Assembly: GCF_009914755.1 (NCBI RefSeq)
Contig: NC_060934.1
Strand: one strand, 5' to 3'
Length of the DNA: 64,000 bases
DNA from: the human T2T-CHM13v2.0 reference genome, Homo sapiens
Positions 14,430 through 28,849 of the stretch are shown here, piece after piece. The number at the start of each line of letters is the position of its first letter. Within the stretch, counting starts at the first letter, position 1. The position numbers were made by a program, and so were the translations under genes. The notes under the pieces were generated by a model, which did not search any database, was not told the origin of the DNA, and was given only the letters and a program-made list of their open reading frames with translations.

Positions 14430-14570
14430 CATAATTTCATCTAAGACTCTTGGTAAACCAAAGAGGTGAATTAGCAGCCCCACTTTGCAGATGGGAAAAC
14501 TAAGATTCAGGGAGGTAAGGTGTCTTGCTCACAGTGTACAGTCAGCTCCTGGGGCTGAAATCTAAGCCAC
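14430..14570 (-). mobile_element. MIR SINE
   Basis: cccactttgcagatgggaaaactaagattcagggaggtaag. Confidence 0.7.
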
Positions 14571-15619
14571 GGTGACCCTTGGGTTCTGATCACTCCTATG
14601 GGTGTCCTCATCACACTGGGCTGTTTCCCTGGCACCAAGGTGACACAGGGGTCAGGAAATGTAGTTTTGGGACATCTGCCAAATGGCCCAGCCTAAGGGC
14701 CTGATCAGGACTGAGATTGCCAGGATTGGAGCTTTTCTCAGCCATGTTTGATATTGTCAACAAATCCAGGGAGGACCGGCAGGGTAGAGTGGGTAGATGG
14801 AAGATGGAGTGGGAAGTAAGAGGTAGGGAGGAAAGGTACAGCCTCAGGTCAGCTGGCCTGATTCAAAGGGTCAGTCAGAGAGGGCAAGACCACTCCAGCC
14901 ATTCTGAGACTACAGGGAGGTTTGAAAGCCAGGCCAGCTGGACAACAGCATAGAGTGCCAATCTATGAGGAGCCCTAAGCCATCCCTGGGAATGCAAGAA
15001 GATACAGGAAATACTGTTCCATGGACTTCTCCCTGGGGCTAGTGCCTGTGGTTTGGGAAGATAACTTTGAGCACCTGTGAGCAGTGGGGAGTTGGAGCAG
15101 AGAGAGCCCCCAGGGTAGGCCTGTGTAGTCACATATCCTCACTCCCCTGCCTTCTAAGGAGGGCCAGCACAGCATTAGCAGCAGAACTTATGACTGCTAA
15201 GGGGAGTGTGCACGTTTGGACCAGAGCTGAAAACGAGGCAAGAGAGTTCCAAAAACTAATGCAACCTCTGTCTTCTTCCTCTGCATTCTCTGCCCTACAG
15301 AGTTCTGCCTTGCCTCCAAATTCCCATTAGGTCAATATTTGAAAAGCACTGGTGTGAAATTACACTACTTATGATCTGCCTGGATTTCTCAATTGGCTCA
15401 GAGAGGTGTTTGGGGAATCAGGCTTCCATAAGATCAGTCACCCCCAGACTCCCTCGCATATTCAACCTCTGCCTATGAGACACTTATGGTTATAGTAAAT
15501 AGATGTCACAAAGGTCTGTGGCCAACCCAAAATATCTGGGGCGGCAACACACAAGGGAACAGAGGGATAGACCTCAAACCAGGGCCCAGCTTCTGCTGCT
15601 GGTAATATAGGTGACAGCC

Positions 15620-15797
15620 CAGCCAGGTGGTAAAATTTATACAACGAGCTGTCCCAGAAAAACAAAAAGGCTGGATTCGTAGCATTTGCCAATTTCTGTG
15701 GTGTAAACACTTTCACTATTGGGCTTTATGTTGTTGACTATGGAGCTGAAAGAAGTGCTCTCACAAATCTGTATGAGCCAGCCCCATCACACATCTG
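15620..15797 (-). mobile_element. MER63-like hAT-Blackjack DNA transposon relic
   Basis: gattcgtagcatttgccaatttctgtggtgtaaacact matches the recalled MER63 core in antisense. Confidence 0.65.
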
Positions 15798-16809
15798 CAA
15801 CAGGACTGGGTCCTGTCCCCACTACCTGGAGGGAAACCAGAGAGAAAGAGGGAGACACAGACATGGAGAGAAAGAAGGAGAGAAAAACAGACAAGTACAC
15901 TCTGCTGGGAGGATGTATATCTGAAAATGAGTTGTTAAAACGGTATAAAAATTTTTTAAACCCAACTTCATTAGGAGATAGAGGTGAGTTGGTGATAAAG
16001 CATTTTAGCCTTCAATTCCAACTTCAATTTCAAGCTTTATTTGCTTAAGGAAGCTTGGAGAAGAAACACTGTGCAAGGTGCGTGTGCATATTTGTGTCTG
16101 TGCACACTTGCACACATAGGTGTGGGGCGCTGTGTTCTGCAGGAAAACTTGGTATTTGACTTCTACAGAGAGGGCTTGCTTTTATTGACCTGCACGAAGC
16201 CTCCCTGCTCAGGGGTGAGAGGCATATCAGAATGGGTCCAGGCAGCAAGCTCTCTACCAAGCACCTAGAACCCTATACTACCTTTTGGCATAGGCAATTT
16301 ATACAAGCGTCTTCTGCACGACCTGTGAGGAGGGCTGCATAGTCCATGGGTGTGTCCTCTTTGAGGAGCAGAGGTCAGCTCCCCCACCTGAACCAGACTT
16401 CTCCCCTGCCCCACTGGGTCCCCACTTGGGGACTTTGAATCAGGAAGAGAGTCCCAAGCCCTAACTGCCACACTGGGGACCAGCTCAGAATTTTCTAGTG
16501 ACCTGTAGCAAGACCCTCTGACGCATCCTTCACAGCTGAGGGGATAGGAGAGTTTTCAAGGCCTAGGTCCAGTGCAACCTTCCAGGATTCTACCTCCTCA
16601 ACTCTCAGATCTCTTATCTGTGCCCCTCCCTTTCTCCTCGTCAAAGATGGAGCCTATATCTGAGTCTTCTCCACATCCATCACACTCACCAATGAAGAAT
16701 GAACAATGTGTCAGCAGGGAGATCAGCTGATTCAAACATCCCACGTGCAGATGGGAAAATTGAGGGCCATGGCTGCTCCCTTCCTCACACCCTATTTTAG
16801 ACCCTACAG

Positions 16810-16975
16810 TTTCCCCAAGTGTTTTAACTCCTTCTGGGTCCTGGATGCTTGTCTACCTGGAATGCCCTTCTTCCTCTTGTCTATCTGGCAGGTTCCTGTA
16901 CACCCATAAAAACCAATCCCAACAATCCCCTCCTCTGTGAAGTCTTCACTGATCTACACCTCTCCCTGACATCCT
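16810..16975 (+). mobile_element. L2 fragment
   Basis: ctacctggaatgcccttc...cctcctctgtgaagtcttcactgatc. Confidence 0.55.
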
Positions 16976-17429
16976 GCCAGTAGAGTGATTTCTCATCCTC
17001 TGGGTCCCAAGTCACTTAGCACCCACCTTTGCAGATGACCCTGAGACATGAACTGCAATACTGCATCTCTGTCCACTCTGAGGTATCCCTCTGGGAGGAC
17101 TGTGCCTGAGCCTGGAAAGAATGGTCCTGGAGCCCTGGGATGGGGGAGTCAGGGGAGAAGGAGGCTGGACTTCTGAATCCCAGATTTTATGTGCTGCCTG
17201 GAGTTGTTCCTCTCTCCACCAGTCTTCCCTAAGCACCTCACTCCACGATACCACACACATACCTGGCAGGGCCTGAGGAGGAAGGAGGGTGAGCTAGTTT
17301 AACTTGGGACCTCCTGGGTAGGACCTTCTAGCTGGAACCTAGAATTGGAATCTTCCTGATTTTAGCCTTCACCTTCACAGTCTTTTCAGTTTAATTCTTT
17401 AAGAGAATAAAGGTTGGAATATGAGTTTA

Positions 17430-18640
<1,211 letters not shown>

Positions 18641-18699
18641 CTCTCTTTCTCTATATGTGTATGTGTGTGTGGGGTGTGTGTGTGTGTGTATAAGTATAT

Positions 18700-19355
18700 A
18701 CAATTTTCTGAACTATTTGAGAATTTGAGAACTCCTGACCCTTTACACCTAAATATTTCAGTATATATCTAAATATTTTAATGTTTATTTTCTAAGACGA
18801 CTGTGTCTTATATAACCACAGTTCAGTGATCAAAATCAGAAAATGTAACATTAATATAATAATACGATCTAACCCACAGCCCACATTCTAATTTCATCAA
18901 TTATCCCAATAATGTTGGTGATACCCATTTTTTTCCCAGTTGTGGATCCAGTCCAAGTTCAGTCCAGGTTTATGCATTGCATTCCATTGTCACATCTTTT
19001 AATCTCTTTTGATCTGGAACAGTTCCTTAGTCTTCCTTTTTGTTTCTTGACCTTGACATTTCTGGGGACAGGTCAGCTGCTTTGTAAGAGGTGCCTCAGT
19101 TGAGTTCCTCTGGTCGTTTCTCAAGGTGGGGTTCGAGCTCCACGTCGGTGGCAGGAGGGAATCCCACTGCAGTTCTGCTGTGTCCTTCTAAGTTATCTCA
19201 TTGCAGGGCACGTCATGCAGGTCTGTCCTGATGTTGGCCCTGTTTGCTTTGACCCCTTGGTTAGGGTGGTGTCTGCTTGGCCTCTCCACTGTGAAATCAC
19301 TATTTCTCCCTTTGTGCTGAGTAAGTTACTGGTAAGGAGAGACTCGTAGACTAAC
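18700..19355 (-). mobile_element. L1MC4/L1MC5-like 3' UTR fragment
   Basis: atctggaacagttcc...ttgaccttgacattt...ttggttagggtggtgtctgc...tctccactgtgaaa. Confidence 0.75.
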
Positions 19356-19619
19356 AACGTGTCCTCCTGAGCACCTGCTGTGTGCCTGGCTCTGTGTGGC
19401 AAACAGAGGCCAATGGTTTGCCAGGCAGGCACAGCCACATCTCTCACAGGCTTAGCCCACAGAAGGGACCCATAGAAAACAGTGATTGCAGAACCAACTC
19501 GGTGCCAGGAACTGTACTCAATGATCCCAGTGCATAAGCTCATTTAAACCTGACCGCAACCCTGATAGGAGAAAACTGAATGAATACGTTACTTGCCTAC
19601 AGTCAGATGTTTCAGAAAT

Positions 19620-19862
19620 AGCAATAATAATAACAACAATAATAATAATGGCTAACATCCTTTTAGCACTTATTTCCTATTGCCAGGCTCTGTTTTCAGT
19701 GCTTTACATGAACTTCTATTTTATAAAAATTATTTCTACCTGGACCTGCCAGAGGAGAAATCCAAGGCACAGAAGTCAGTCATTTGCCATGCCACACAGC
19801 TGGTAATTAGGATTTGCATCCAGGCAGTCTGTCCCCAAGGCCACCTTCTTAGCCACTCCTTC
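19620..19862 (-). mobile_element. MIR SINE
   Basis: aataataatggctaacat...tgccaggctctgtt...gtgctttacatg...gccacacagctggtaa. Confidence 0.75.
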
Positions 19863-19889
19863 ATATAATCTTTCTAAGGTGATGCCAAT

Positions 19890-19934
19890 GGGGCGGGGGG
19901 TGGGAAGGGGGTGGGGTGGGGGGAGGGGTGGGGG
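19890..19934 (+). other. G-quadruplex-forming G-tract cluster
   Basis: Eight G-runs of 3-6 nt separated by 1-2-nt loops. Confidence 0.75.
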
Positions 19935-21429
19935 TACACTCACCTGAGTTAGTGTTTCTGGCCTGTTTTTTCCTTTGTTTCAAGAACATGTTCCTTGGAC
20001 CCATTCAAGCCTGCTGTGGCACACTGAGAAGAGTTTGTGCCTGGACCAGAGGAAAACACAGAGGAGAGGTACATGGGGGACAGGTAGGAGGTGGCATCGG
20101 CAGGGACCAGTGAGGGTGCCCCAGGAGGGAGCAGCAAGACTGTCCCTACCACCTACAGCCCTTCCCCATAGCACACTTCCCCTGCACTGGACTCCAGGAC
20201 CTCATCCCTGACCAGTGCAGGAAACAGCCTTGTGTCTAGAAGGAACTCCTTGCCCTTCATCTGGGACTCTTCCAATGAGCTCTTGGGTTCTACTGAAAGC
20301 CCCTGGGTCACAGTGCCAATTCTGCGACACTCACTACTGGCCTGTTTGCACCACCCACGCCTGCAACCATCAACACCATCACCCTAATTTCTCCTGGTCA
20401 CTGGCCTTTTAGCATCATTAGGCTGAACAGAGGGAAGGCTGTGTTTACAGCTTGGCATGAAGGGAGAACATGCCGATCTCTGTTGCCAGGCTACAAATGA
20501 CTCTTTCCCCCCACCTATAAGAGAGAAATAATGATTAAAAAATACTCCGTTGCTTGGCAGGCATCTTGGTGGCTTAGCTGTGAATATTCTGGGGCCAGGA
20601 GGGACTCTGCCTTTTACAGAACCTGCTGCTTCTCTGGGCTCCTTTGGTTTTGGACCTGTGCTTCATCCATCTTATGAAAGAAAAGGTGCTGACCTGTGAT
20701 CAATGCAGAAAGCAACATGCTTTTTTTTTTCTTTTCAGGGACACACAACCCCTTGATTATTTGATTCCTCTCCTTGAATGGAGGAGACAGAGTTCTCAAA
20801 GGACCAGAGGCAGCAGTATTCCAAAGGGCAGAGCTAAGGTCAAGTACAGAGAAGGAAGGGGACATTCAAGGCAAGAAGGCAGAGGGTCACAAATGGAAGA
20901 AAGCAGCAACTGGCTGAGAAGTGGGGACTAGGAAGCAAGAGGAAAAAGACTTCAACCTGGAGGCTGGCGAGCCCTGCCAAAGAGCCTGAACCTGTTCTGA
21001 CTGCTGCCTCTTCCCTGAAGCTAGGCAAGATTTTCAGGTGTAAATGCCCAGGGCCTGGTTGCACCCCAGTTTGGCTCTGCTAAAGGTGAAGGCTGGCTCA
21101 CTTATGTCTGAGACATTGGTCTGAGCCCACATGGCCACAGCATGAGAAGAGTGGTCCATGTGGGCTGGGAAGCCCTATGTGTCCTGGATCTCTGAATGTT
21201 TTGTAAAACTCTGTTATTTTTGATAAAAATAACATGTTCAATGTGTGTTCATCTGTGTACCTCTATAAGACTTTTCCTACAAATGTATTTAGAACCATTT
21301 TCTAAAATAGTCTTTGTCAGACTACATATGCCTTTTGTTACTGCTGTTTGGGTTTGCCTGATGGGTGAAGACTTTAACATTCATTCAAACCCCAAAAGGA
21401 GGAGGCATAGGCATCTTGGCACAGGATCC

Positions 21430-21580
21430 CATCCTATAAAAACCCTAAGAGTTGGGGTAGTTATTATTTTCCCCCTTTAACAAATGAGGAAACAGAAGCT
21501 CAGAGCATTTACAGCTCTCTGTAAGGTCACACAGCTAATAGGTGGTAGAAATAGCGTCAAGCCTGGGCCTAGGAGAGCCC
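21430..21580 (-). mobile_element. MIR SINE
   Basis: ttaacaaatgaggaaacagaagctcagag...aaggtcacacagctaataggtggtaga. Confidence 0.75.
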
Positions 21581-21862
21581 AACAATTATGTATTTGCCCT
21601 GACATAAAATCGCCTCGACGAGAAACCTACAGAGCATTTCCACAGGCTTCCCCAACCCCTGAGCACAGGAAGTAGAATTCCTTTAGCTTTTCTTTTTCTT
21701 GCTTTCTTGTCTTTGTTCTGCAGCCATTTTCTTCTCACAAAGTGTGTTTCCCAGCACAAAAAAGCCTGGCTTTCCAGGAGCGGCACCCACTTTCTGAAGA
21801 GTTTACTTGCATTGGGCGTCGGAGTTTAGGATAACTCCATTCAAGGCAGATTTCTCTCCCAG

Positions 21863-22009
21863 AGAAAGCAACCTGATGAATCAGAAGGGATGTTGTGGCA
21901 AATGCTATCAGATGCCCCGCCACCCCGCTTCAGCAGAGGAGGAAGCTTCTGCTCTAGTCCGCACCATCCTGCAATCAATCAGGACAACCTGTGCGAACGC
22001 AAAGGCGAG
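21863..22009 (+). other. Candidate 147-nt internal exon
   Basis: Acceptor tttctctcccag and consensus donor GAG/gtgagt; several CpGs; two open frames; no recognisable protein. Confidence 0.3.
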
Positions 22010-22464
22010 GTGAGTAATCAGCACCATTGCTTTGCCCCAGACAAAGTCCCTCCATCAGGTTTTCCAGCTTGATGTGGACCTCACTACACAAACTGTGATG
22101 CCTTCTGGGTCAGCAGAAACCTATGTTTAGCACACCCATGTGTGTTGTTCAGAAAACTGTGCAAATCTCTCACACTATTCCCCCATGAGTTGATAGATGT
22201 GGTCACTGACGGTTAATTCACTCTTAGACATGGGGAATGCATGTAAATCAATGGTCTTAGCTGTTATTTTAAAATGTGTATTATTGCATTCCCATGGCAC
22301 TGGGTCTTATGAACAGAAGGTTTAGCCAGACAGGTAGAAAAATTGTTGGGCACATTCCCCCACACTGGACTCCAGGACCTCACCCCCGATTCTTTGTTGA
22401 AATGCGTTTTCAAAGAGATAAGTTGGCTTTGATATTGAAGTTAAGTTTCCCCTGAGTCAAGGGT

Positions 22465-22595
22465 TTATTCACTCATCCTTTGAACAAATATTTAGTGAGA
22501 ACCATGTACTATACCAGAGCATTGCTAGACATTGGGGAGGCAGCGATGAAGAAGACATAGCTTTCCCTCCTGTGGAGCTGGCATTCGAGACCCAT
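22465..22595 (-). mobile_element. L2 3' fragment
   Basis: attcactcatcc..aacaaatatttagtgag...tgctagacattgggga...ccctcctgtggagct. Confidence 0.65.
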
Positions 22596-22879
22596 TCTAA
22601 GGTAGAGAGTCTGTTGACATCACTCTCAGGAGAAAATCAAATGCTTGAAAGCTGGTTGATTTTTCCCATGGATGAACAGATCCCAGCACCCACGATATGA
22701 GTTTATCACTTCCCAGAAATCAGCCTTGTAACTTGTTGTCAGTCAGGGGAAAATGTCACTGTGGAAAGAAACAGATGACCATAAGAGGGGTACCCAGTGT
22801 GTGTTGTTGGGACGGCCCCAGAGAGGGAGGTGGCTGGAGGGTACAGGTGCAGCTAACTTGATGAGAGGTCCAGGTGGGT

Positions 22880-23070
22880 CAACTTGAATTCCAGGCCTTC
22901 CACTTCCTGGTGGTGTGAACTGGGACCTTGCTCTGCTCAATGTTATCTTCCGAGCCTCAGTTTCGTCAGCCATAAATATGGGGCAATAATGTCATTCCCA
23001 TAGGATCGTTGTTAGAACACAATAAGAGACCTTATCCCAATCACCTGGCATGAAGCACAGCCTCTGCACA
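22880..23070 (+). mobile_element. MIR SINE
   Basis: ttgaattccagg...gagcctcagtttcgtcagccataaa...cataggatcgttgt. Confidence 0.6.
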
Positions 23071-23221
23071 CACTGATCTCCTTGGACCTTCTCCTTTTAA
23101 GGTTTTTCCTTGGCTGGGGCAGTTTCACTCATGTTGCCCATGACAACAGCTTACATGCCTCCAACTTCCTTCTCCCCAAAGAGCCTGGGACACTCTGGAG
23201 AGCAGCTGCTTCCATTAACCC

Positions 23222-23351
23222 CAATGACAATATATTTTTTCCTCCAATCTGGTTCAGTTATGAGAATGAAAGGGGGTACTGTTGATAATCACACCCAAAA
23301 ACCAGGCGTAAACCAGGACTATGTAAGCCAGCAGGGACATATGGTCACCCT
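23222..23351 (-). mobile_element. MER94-like hAT-Blackjack relic
   Basis: gagaatgaaagggggtact...caggcgtaaaccaggact...gggacatatggtcaccct terminal motif. Confidence 0.7.
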
Positions 23352-23469
23352 TCCGCTGCTGGTCTTGTCAGCTGTGAGGGTGGGTAGAGAACAGACAGCA
23401 AAACCCTCCTTCATGGAATTCTAGCCTCACAGCACAGCCAGAAAAAACAGCTTGATAACCCTCTGGTGC

Positions 23470-24126
23470 ACAGAATTACAAGAGGGCTGCTTCCCCCTAC
23501 CTCCCACCCCCCCAGTACACAAGACCTGTATGATCTCCTTTCTTTCTAAAAGAGAACCTGCGAATATGTTGGGCTCTTACTTCTACAATTAGGCCATATT
23601 TGGCTAAGGTGAATGGATTTTTTTGTGTAATTAAAGTCCCAAACCAGTTGACTTTGTGTTATTCAAAAGGGAGATAATCCTAGATGGGCCTAGCTAAAGG
23701 AAGTGTAGGTGCTTGCTAGAAGGACTTGGCCCTTCCTGAAAGAGGATGTGAGTAAGAAGGAAGGAAGAGGTTGGCTGCTCTGTTGGGAGACAGACATGAG
23801 ACTAGAATCTGATGGCAGCTTCTAGGAGGTGAGAGAGATCCCTGGCCAGCTGCCAGCAAGGAAATGGAAACCTCACTTCCAGAGTTGCAAGCAGATTTTT
23901 TCCAACAGCCTAAGGGAAGCAAATCTCTCCCAAGTTGAGCCTCCAGGGGAGAATGCAGCCTGGCTGACACCTTGATTTCAGCCTTATAAGACCCTTACTG
24001 GGAAGCCCAGCTGAGCCCTGTACAGACTTCTGACCTGTAAGTATGAGATTTTGCAAACAAATGTTGTTTTTAGCCACTCAGTTTCTGGGAGTTTGTTAAG
24101 CAGCAACAGCAAATGAATAGAATACA
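23470..24126 (+). mobile_element. MLT1 (MLT1E-like) MaLR solo LTR
   Basis: gccagcaaggaaatggaaacctca...gagaatgcagcctggctgacaccttgatttcagcc...ttgttaagcagcaacagcaaatgaata. Confidence 0.8.
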
Positions 24127-24734
24127 ACCCCCAACTCACATGGCCATTTTCTTCCATCCTGTACCCACTCCGACTCACCCCACAGAGCCCCCCCTGCTTT
24201 GCCATAGCCCCATTCCCTGAGCCCAGCTCCAGACTCCCACCTCTAGGGCACACTCATTGCCCACTGCCCAAGGTCCTGGGACCTCCTGCACACACACCAC
24301 CTCTGCTGTCGGCACCCATGGCCTTGTGAGTATTCTTCTGCTTAACCAAGTTTCACTGGATGTCACAGGGTGCCATGCCCTTTGCATAGGCTGTTTCTTA
24401 TGCCAACATGAAAAGTATAAATAGCTCTTTCCTACAGTTGTACAAATGAAGGCTGAGAGTGAGTTAACTCATCCAGGGTCAATCAGATGCTGAGTAATGG
24501 AGCCAGAATTTGAAACAGGACCTTCTGACTCCAAAGTCAGCTCTCTCTGTACCATGCCTGTTGCCTGCTATCCTGTTCAACTGTTTGGTGTCCCTGATCC
24601 CAAGAGAGCTGCATTGCTGTGTTGCTTGACATTTTAAAACATGCTTTCATATAATTCATCTCATGTGATCCTCCAATGAACCATGTGAAATATTGTTCCT
24701 GCAATTTATAGGTGAGAACACTGAGATATGAAGA

Positions 24735-25050
24735 ATATTCATTCATTTACTCCTTCCACATACATGAATTGAATATCTAAGAGGTGTCTTATAGTACTAG
24801 ACTCCAGGAGACAGAGAAGAACCAACCACTAGCCCCTTCCTAGGGAGCTCACAGTCCAGGGTGGGAAGCTGATGTGTAGAGAGTCATGTGCTACCCAGGG
24901 TAGAATCTGCTGAAGACAGTAGATTTCAGTGCTGATACAGATGGACACTCAGAGAAAGGATTTCAACCCAGGTATGGGGAGAGAGTCAGAATGAGAGGGC
25001 TTCCAGGAGGAGGTAGAGAATGACATGAGTTGAACCTTTAAGAATGAGTG
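24735..25050 (-). mobile_element. L2 fragment (MIR fragments at ~24400-24735)
   Basis: attcattcattt...ggagctcacagtcca...agggcttccaggaggaggt...ttgaacctt. Confidence 0.6.
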
Positions 25051-25244
25051 AGTGAACTTGTGGGATCAGGGGTGAGGGTACAGAAGGCCTTGGCGGGACA
25101 CATGACTGGTATGAGGCAGAATAAGACTCAGAGTAGGTGGCTTCCCGGGCACCCACTGCTTTTCAAGGGAGGTTGAGGTAACTGGTTGAGTGGGGCATCT
25201 CGATGGGCATTCCTGGGACCCACATCTGGCATTTAGTGGAAACA

Positions 25245-25490
25245 GAAACAAATGCACATGCACACACACGCACATCAACACATTTAGGTAACACACATGT
25301 ATACTCACACATACTTGTGCTTCCAACACAGACACACCTACACACTGACACATACAAACACATACATGCACACTCACACACACAGGCACATGCGTATCCA
25401 TACACACACATGCCCACAAACACATACTTACCCATACCCACACATGTACATACATATACAGGCACATACATGTCTCCCCACACACACAAC
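25245..25490. repeat. Degenerate (CA)n tract
   Basis: Directly visible. Confidence 0.9.
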
Positions 25491-27224
25491 CCCTTTTCAG
25501 GAAACCCAGCAGCAGCCCCAGCTCAGCAGAGCCACTGAGACGCCCCGAGAACTGGTTCTTATTATGCAGAACAGAAAGGCAGGTGAGAAACTGTCAAACG
25601 CAGTCCCCAACCGCCCATTGAGAACCAAACAGACAGCACTGTGGTTTCCAGGCAAATTCCAGCTGCTTCCCTGGCGCCCAGGGTACATAAACCCAAGAAT
25701 CCAAATGATGATTTTCCCCTTCAGAAGAATAACTTTGTCCGGCCCTCCCTCCTCAGGCCAGACAGGTTCCATAGCCCTCGCCCTCACCCCCGCAGGCCAG
25801 GAAATCCCACCAGGATGAAGTGCCAGCCAAGGGACCAGCCAGCTCCATCAATTTCTCCTGAAAAGCTCAGAAGAAATTTGGTCATAGAAAATCCCTTCTC
25901 TCTTTGCTAATAAAACTTACCAGTGCAGGGCAGGAGGCGGGGAGGAGAGGGACCGCAGACACTCGCCTTGCTAAATTACTTAGAGAAATGGCCCTGATCA
26001 GCCATCCAGAAGCAAGAAAGGAAGAAAGCGATATAACGTTTAACCAGCCCGATTTTTTTTTACCTAGATTTTCTCAGTCCTCTAAGCAGCTCTGTGATAT
26101 TGCATCAGCTCCATTTCATAGTTGAAGAAACGGAGGCACAGCTATGCACCAGAAATAATGTAGATTTTGGAGAAAAATCAATGTGGGTCTGAGCCCCTGG
26201 CCTGCTCCCTTGCTTGCTGTACGGCTCAGGCTGGTGGCTTCATCTCTCTGCATCACAGTTCTTCCTTAGGACCCCCAGACCAGATGGGCTGATGCGAGAT
26301 CGAGTGGATAATATAGGAAAGACACAGCACCGATCTTGGACACAGGAGGCACTCAGACATGCTCATTCCTCACCTTGTCCTGTCTGGTTCCTCTCTCTTC
26401 TGAGGTTCCTTCTAATTCTCCCTTGTCTTCCCTCTACAGTGATAAGGGAAGCCCCTGCAGCCCTGGGGGCTGGCTTTCCTGTGAGCTTACCAAGCAGGCA
26501 CTTGGCTGGCACCTGTACCTTGCCCTTCTTGCTGGAGCCTGGGAGAACTAGAACCCCAGCTTTCACACAACAAAAGTTGGGGCACATCATTCTTCCCTAA
26601 TCTGCAGAGAGGGCTCTTCCAGTTTTTGGCCAGGAGGGCCTTGGCTCCTGGGTTTCTCTGGATTGGCCACATTTGCTCTTGGCTTCATGAGCCTAAGGGA
26701 GCCCCATGTCAGCCTTCACCAGAGACCTCCTCTTCAAGCCCACGTCTATGAAACTCAGAGTTTACCCAACAACCTGGAAATAATATGACCTCTGGGGCGA
26801 TGAAATATGGGAATCCCAAGTAGGCAGATCAGTCTGGAATGGCATGGTCCTGAGGAAGCAATGGACTTAAACTTAAAAGGAAATGTGGGCTAAGTAACAG
26901 GGAAATTCCCTTAGGAAGAGCTATTAGACTGTGAAATAGTATTCCACAGGAAATGGCAGAGGGGGTGCCCTGAGGTATTTAAAGCCTTGCTGGACTAAGT
27001 AATAGAAAACGTGTGGTGTATGGAGTGGCCAAGAACTGGCCTCAGGGGAGCAGCTGCTGTGCCCTAATAGGTCTTCACCATAGAGATGTCATTTCCAAGC
27101 CCGCCTTAACGTTATGGAGCTGCACTGCTCTTTCCAGGCAAAGAAGGCGTTCACTTACAGCACAGAATAAGCCGCAGGATTTAAAGTAGGCACCGCCATC
27201 ATATCCTTCACAGGATGGCGATCC

Positions 27225-28800
27225 CTAACAAACAGATCTGCAGATTCAGTGCAATCCTTATCAAAATTCTAGCTGCATTTTTGTGAAAATTGAGAAGCCA
27301 ATCCTAAAATTCACATGGAATTGCAAGGAACTCAAAATAGCCAAAAAGACCTTTAAAAAGAAGAAACAAGTTGGAGAACTCTCACTTCCTGATTTCAAAA
27401 ATTACTACAAAGCTACAGTATTCAAGACAGTGTGGTATTGGCACAAGGATAGATATATAGATCAGTGGAATAAAGTTCAGCATCCATAAATAAAACCCTT
27501 ACATTTATGGTCAATCGATTTTTGACAAATATGTCAAGACAATTCAATTGGGAAATAACAGTTAAATCAACTAACAGCGCCAGGATAACTGAATATCCAC
27601 ACGCCAAAGAATGAAGTTGGACTCCCACCTCACGTTATATGCAAATGAATTATGGATGAAAATGTAAAACCTGAAACCATAAAACTCTTAGAGGAAATTA
27701 TATGAATAAATCTTCAAGACTTTAGGTTAGGCAATTGTTTCTTATATATGACATCAAAAACACAAGCAACAAAATGAAAAATAAATAAATTGAGCTTCCT
27801 CAAAATTAAAACTTAAGTGCTGTCAGCAATATTATCAAGAAAGTGAGAACAAAACCTATAGAATGGAAGAAAATGTTTGCAAATAATATATTTGATAAGA
27901 CATTAGTATCCAGAATACATAAAGAACTCATAGAACGCAATAACAAAAAGACAAATAACCCTATTTAAAAATGAGAAAAGAATTTCAATAGACATTTATC
28001 CAAACAAAATACACAAATTTTCAATAAACACATGAAAAGATGCTCAACATGGCTAGTGGTAAGGTATTAGGAAGTGCAAATCAAAACCATAATGACATAC
28101 CACTTCATATCCACTAGTATGGTTAAAAAGAAAAAGAAAAATAATAACAAGTTTTGGCAAGGGCATAGACAACTTGTAACCCCATTTTTTACTGGTGAGA
28201 ATGTAGAATAGTGCAGCCACTTTGGAAAACAGTTTGACATTTCCTCAAAATATTAAACATAGAGTTACTAGTAATTTCTCTTCTCAGCATATGCCCAAGA
28301 GAATTAGAAAACATTGTACATCAATATTCATATCAACAATATTCATAATAGCCAAAAAGTGGAAACAACCCAAATATCTATCAACTTATGCATGAATAAC
28401 CACAACGTGTTATATCCATACAATGGAATATTACTCAGCCTTAAAAATGAATGAAGTACTGATACACACTTCAACATGGATGAACCTTGAAAACATCGTG
28501 CTAAGTGAAAAAAGCCCATCACAAAGGGACACATATTGTATGATTCCGTTTATGTGAAATGTCCAAAACAGGCAGATTTATAGAGACAGAAAATACATAA
28601 GTATTCACCAGGGGCTGAGTGTGGGAAGAATGAGAACAACTGTGAATAGGTACAGGATTCTGGGATCTTCCTAAAACTAGAGAATGGTGATGATTTTACA
28701 GTTCTGTGAATATACTAAAACTCAAAAATATTACACATTAAAAGGGTGGATTTTTTGGGTATGTGAATTATATCTCAATTAAGCTGTTATTTTAAAAATA
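27225..28800 (+). mobile_element. 5'-truncated L1MB-type element (ORF2 C-terminal relic + 3'UTR)
   Basis: Peptide PILKFTWN..LPDFKNYYKATVFKTVWYWHKDRYIDQWN; 3' end gtatgtgaattatatctcaattaagctgtt. Confidence 0.9.
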
Positions 28801-28849
28801 CGATACCCATGAAGCTATCATATACTATTTTGGTCTACATCTCTCTTTC

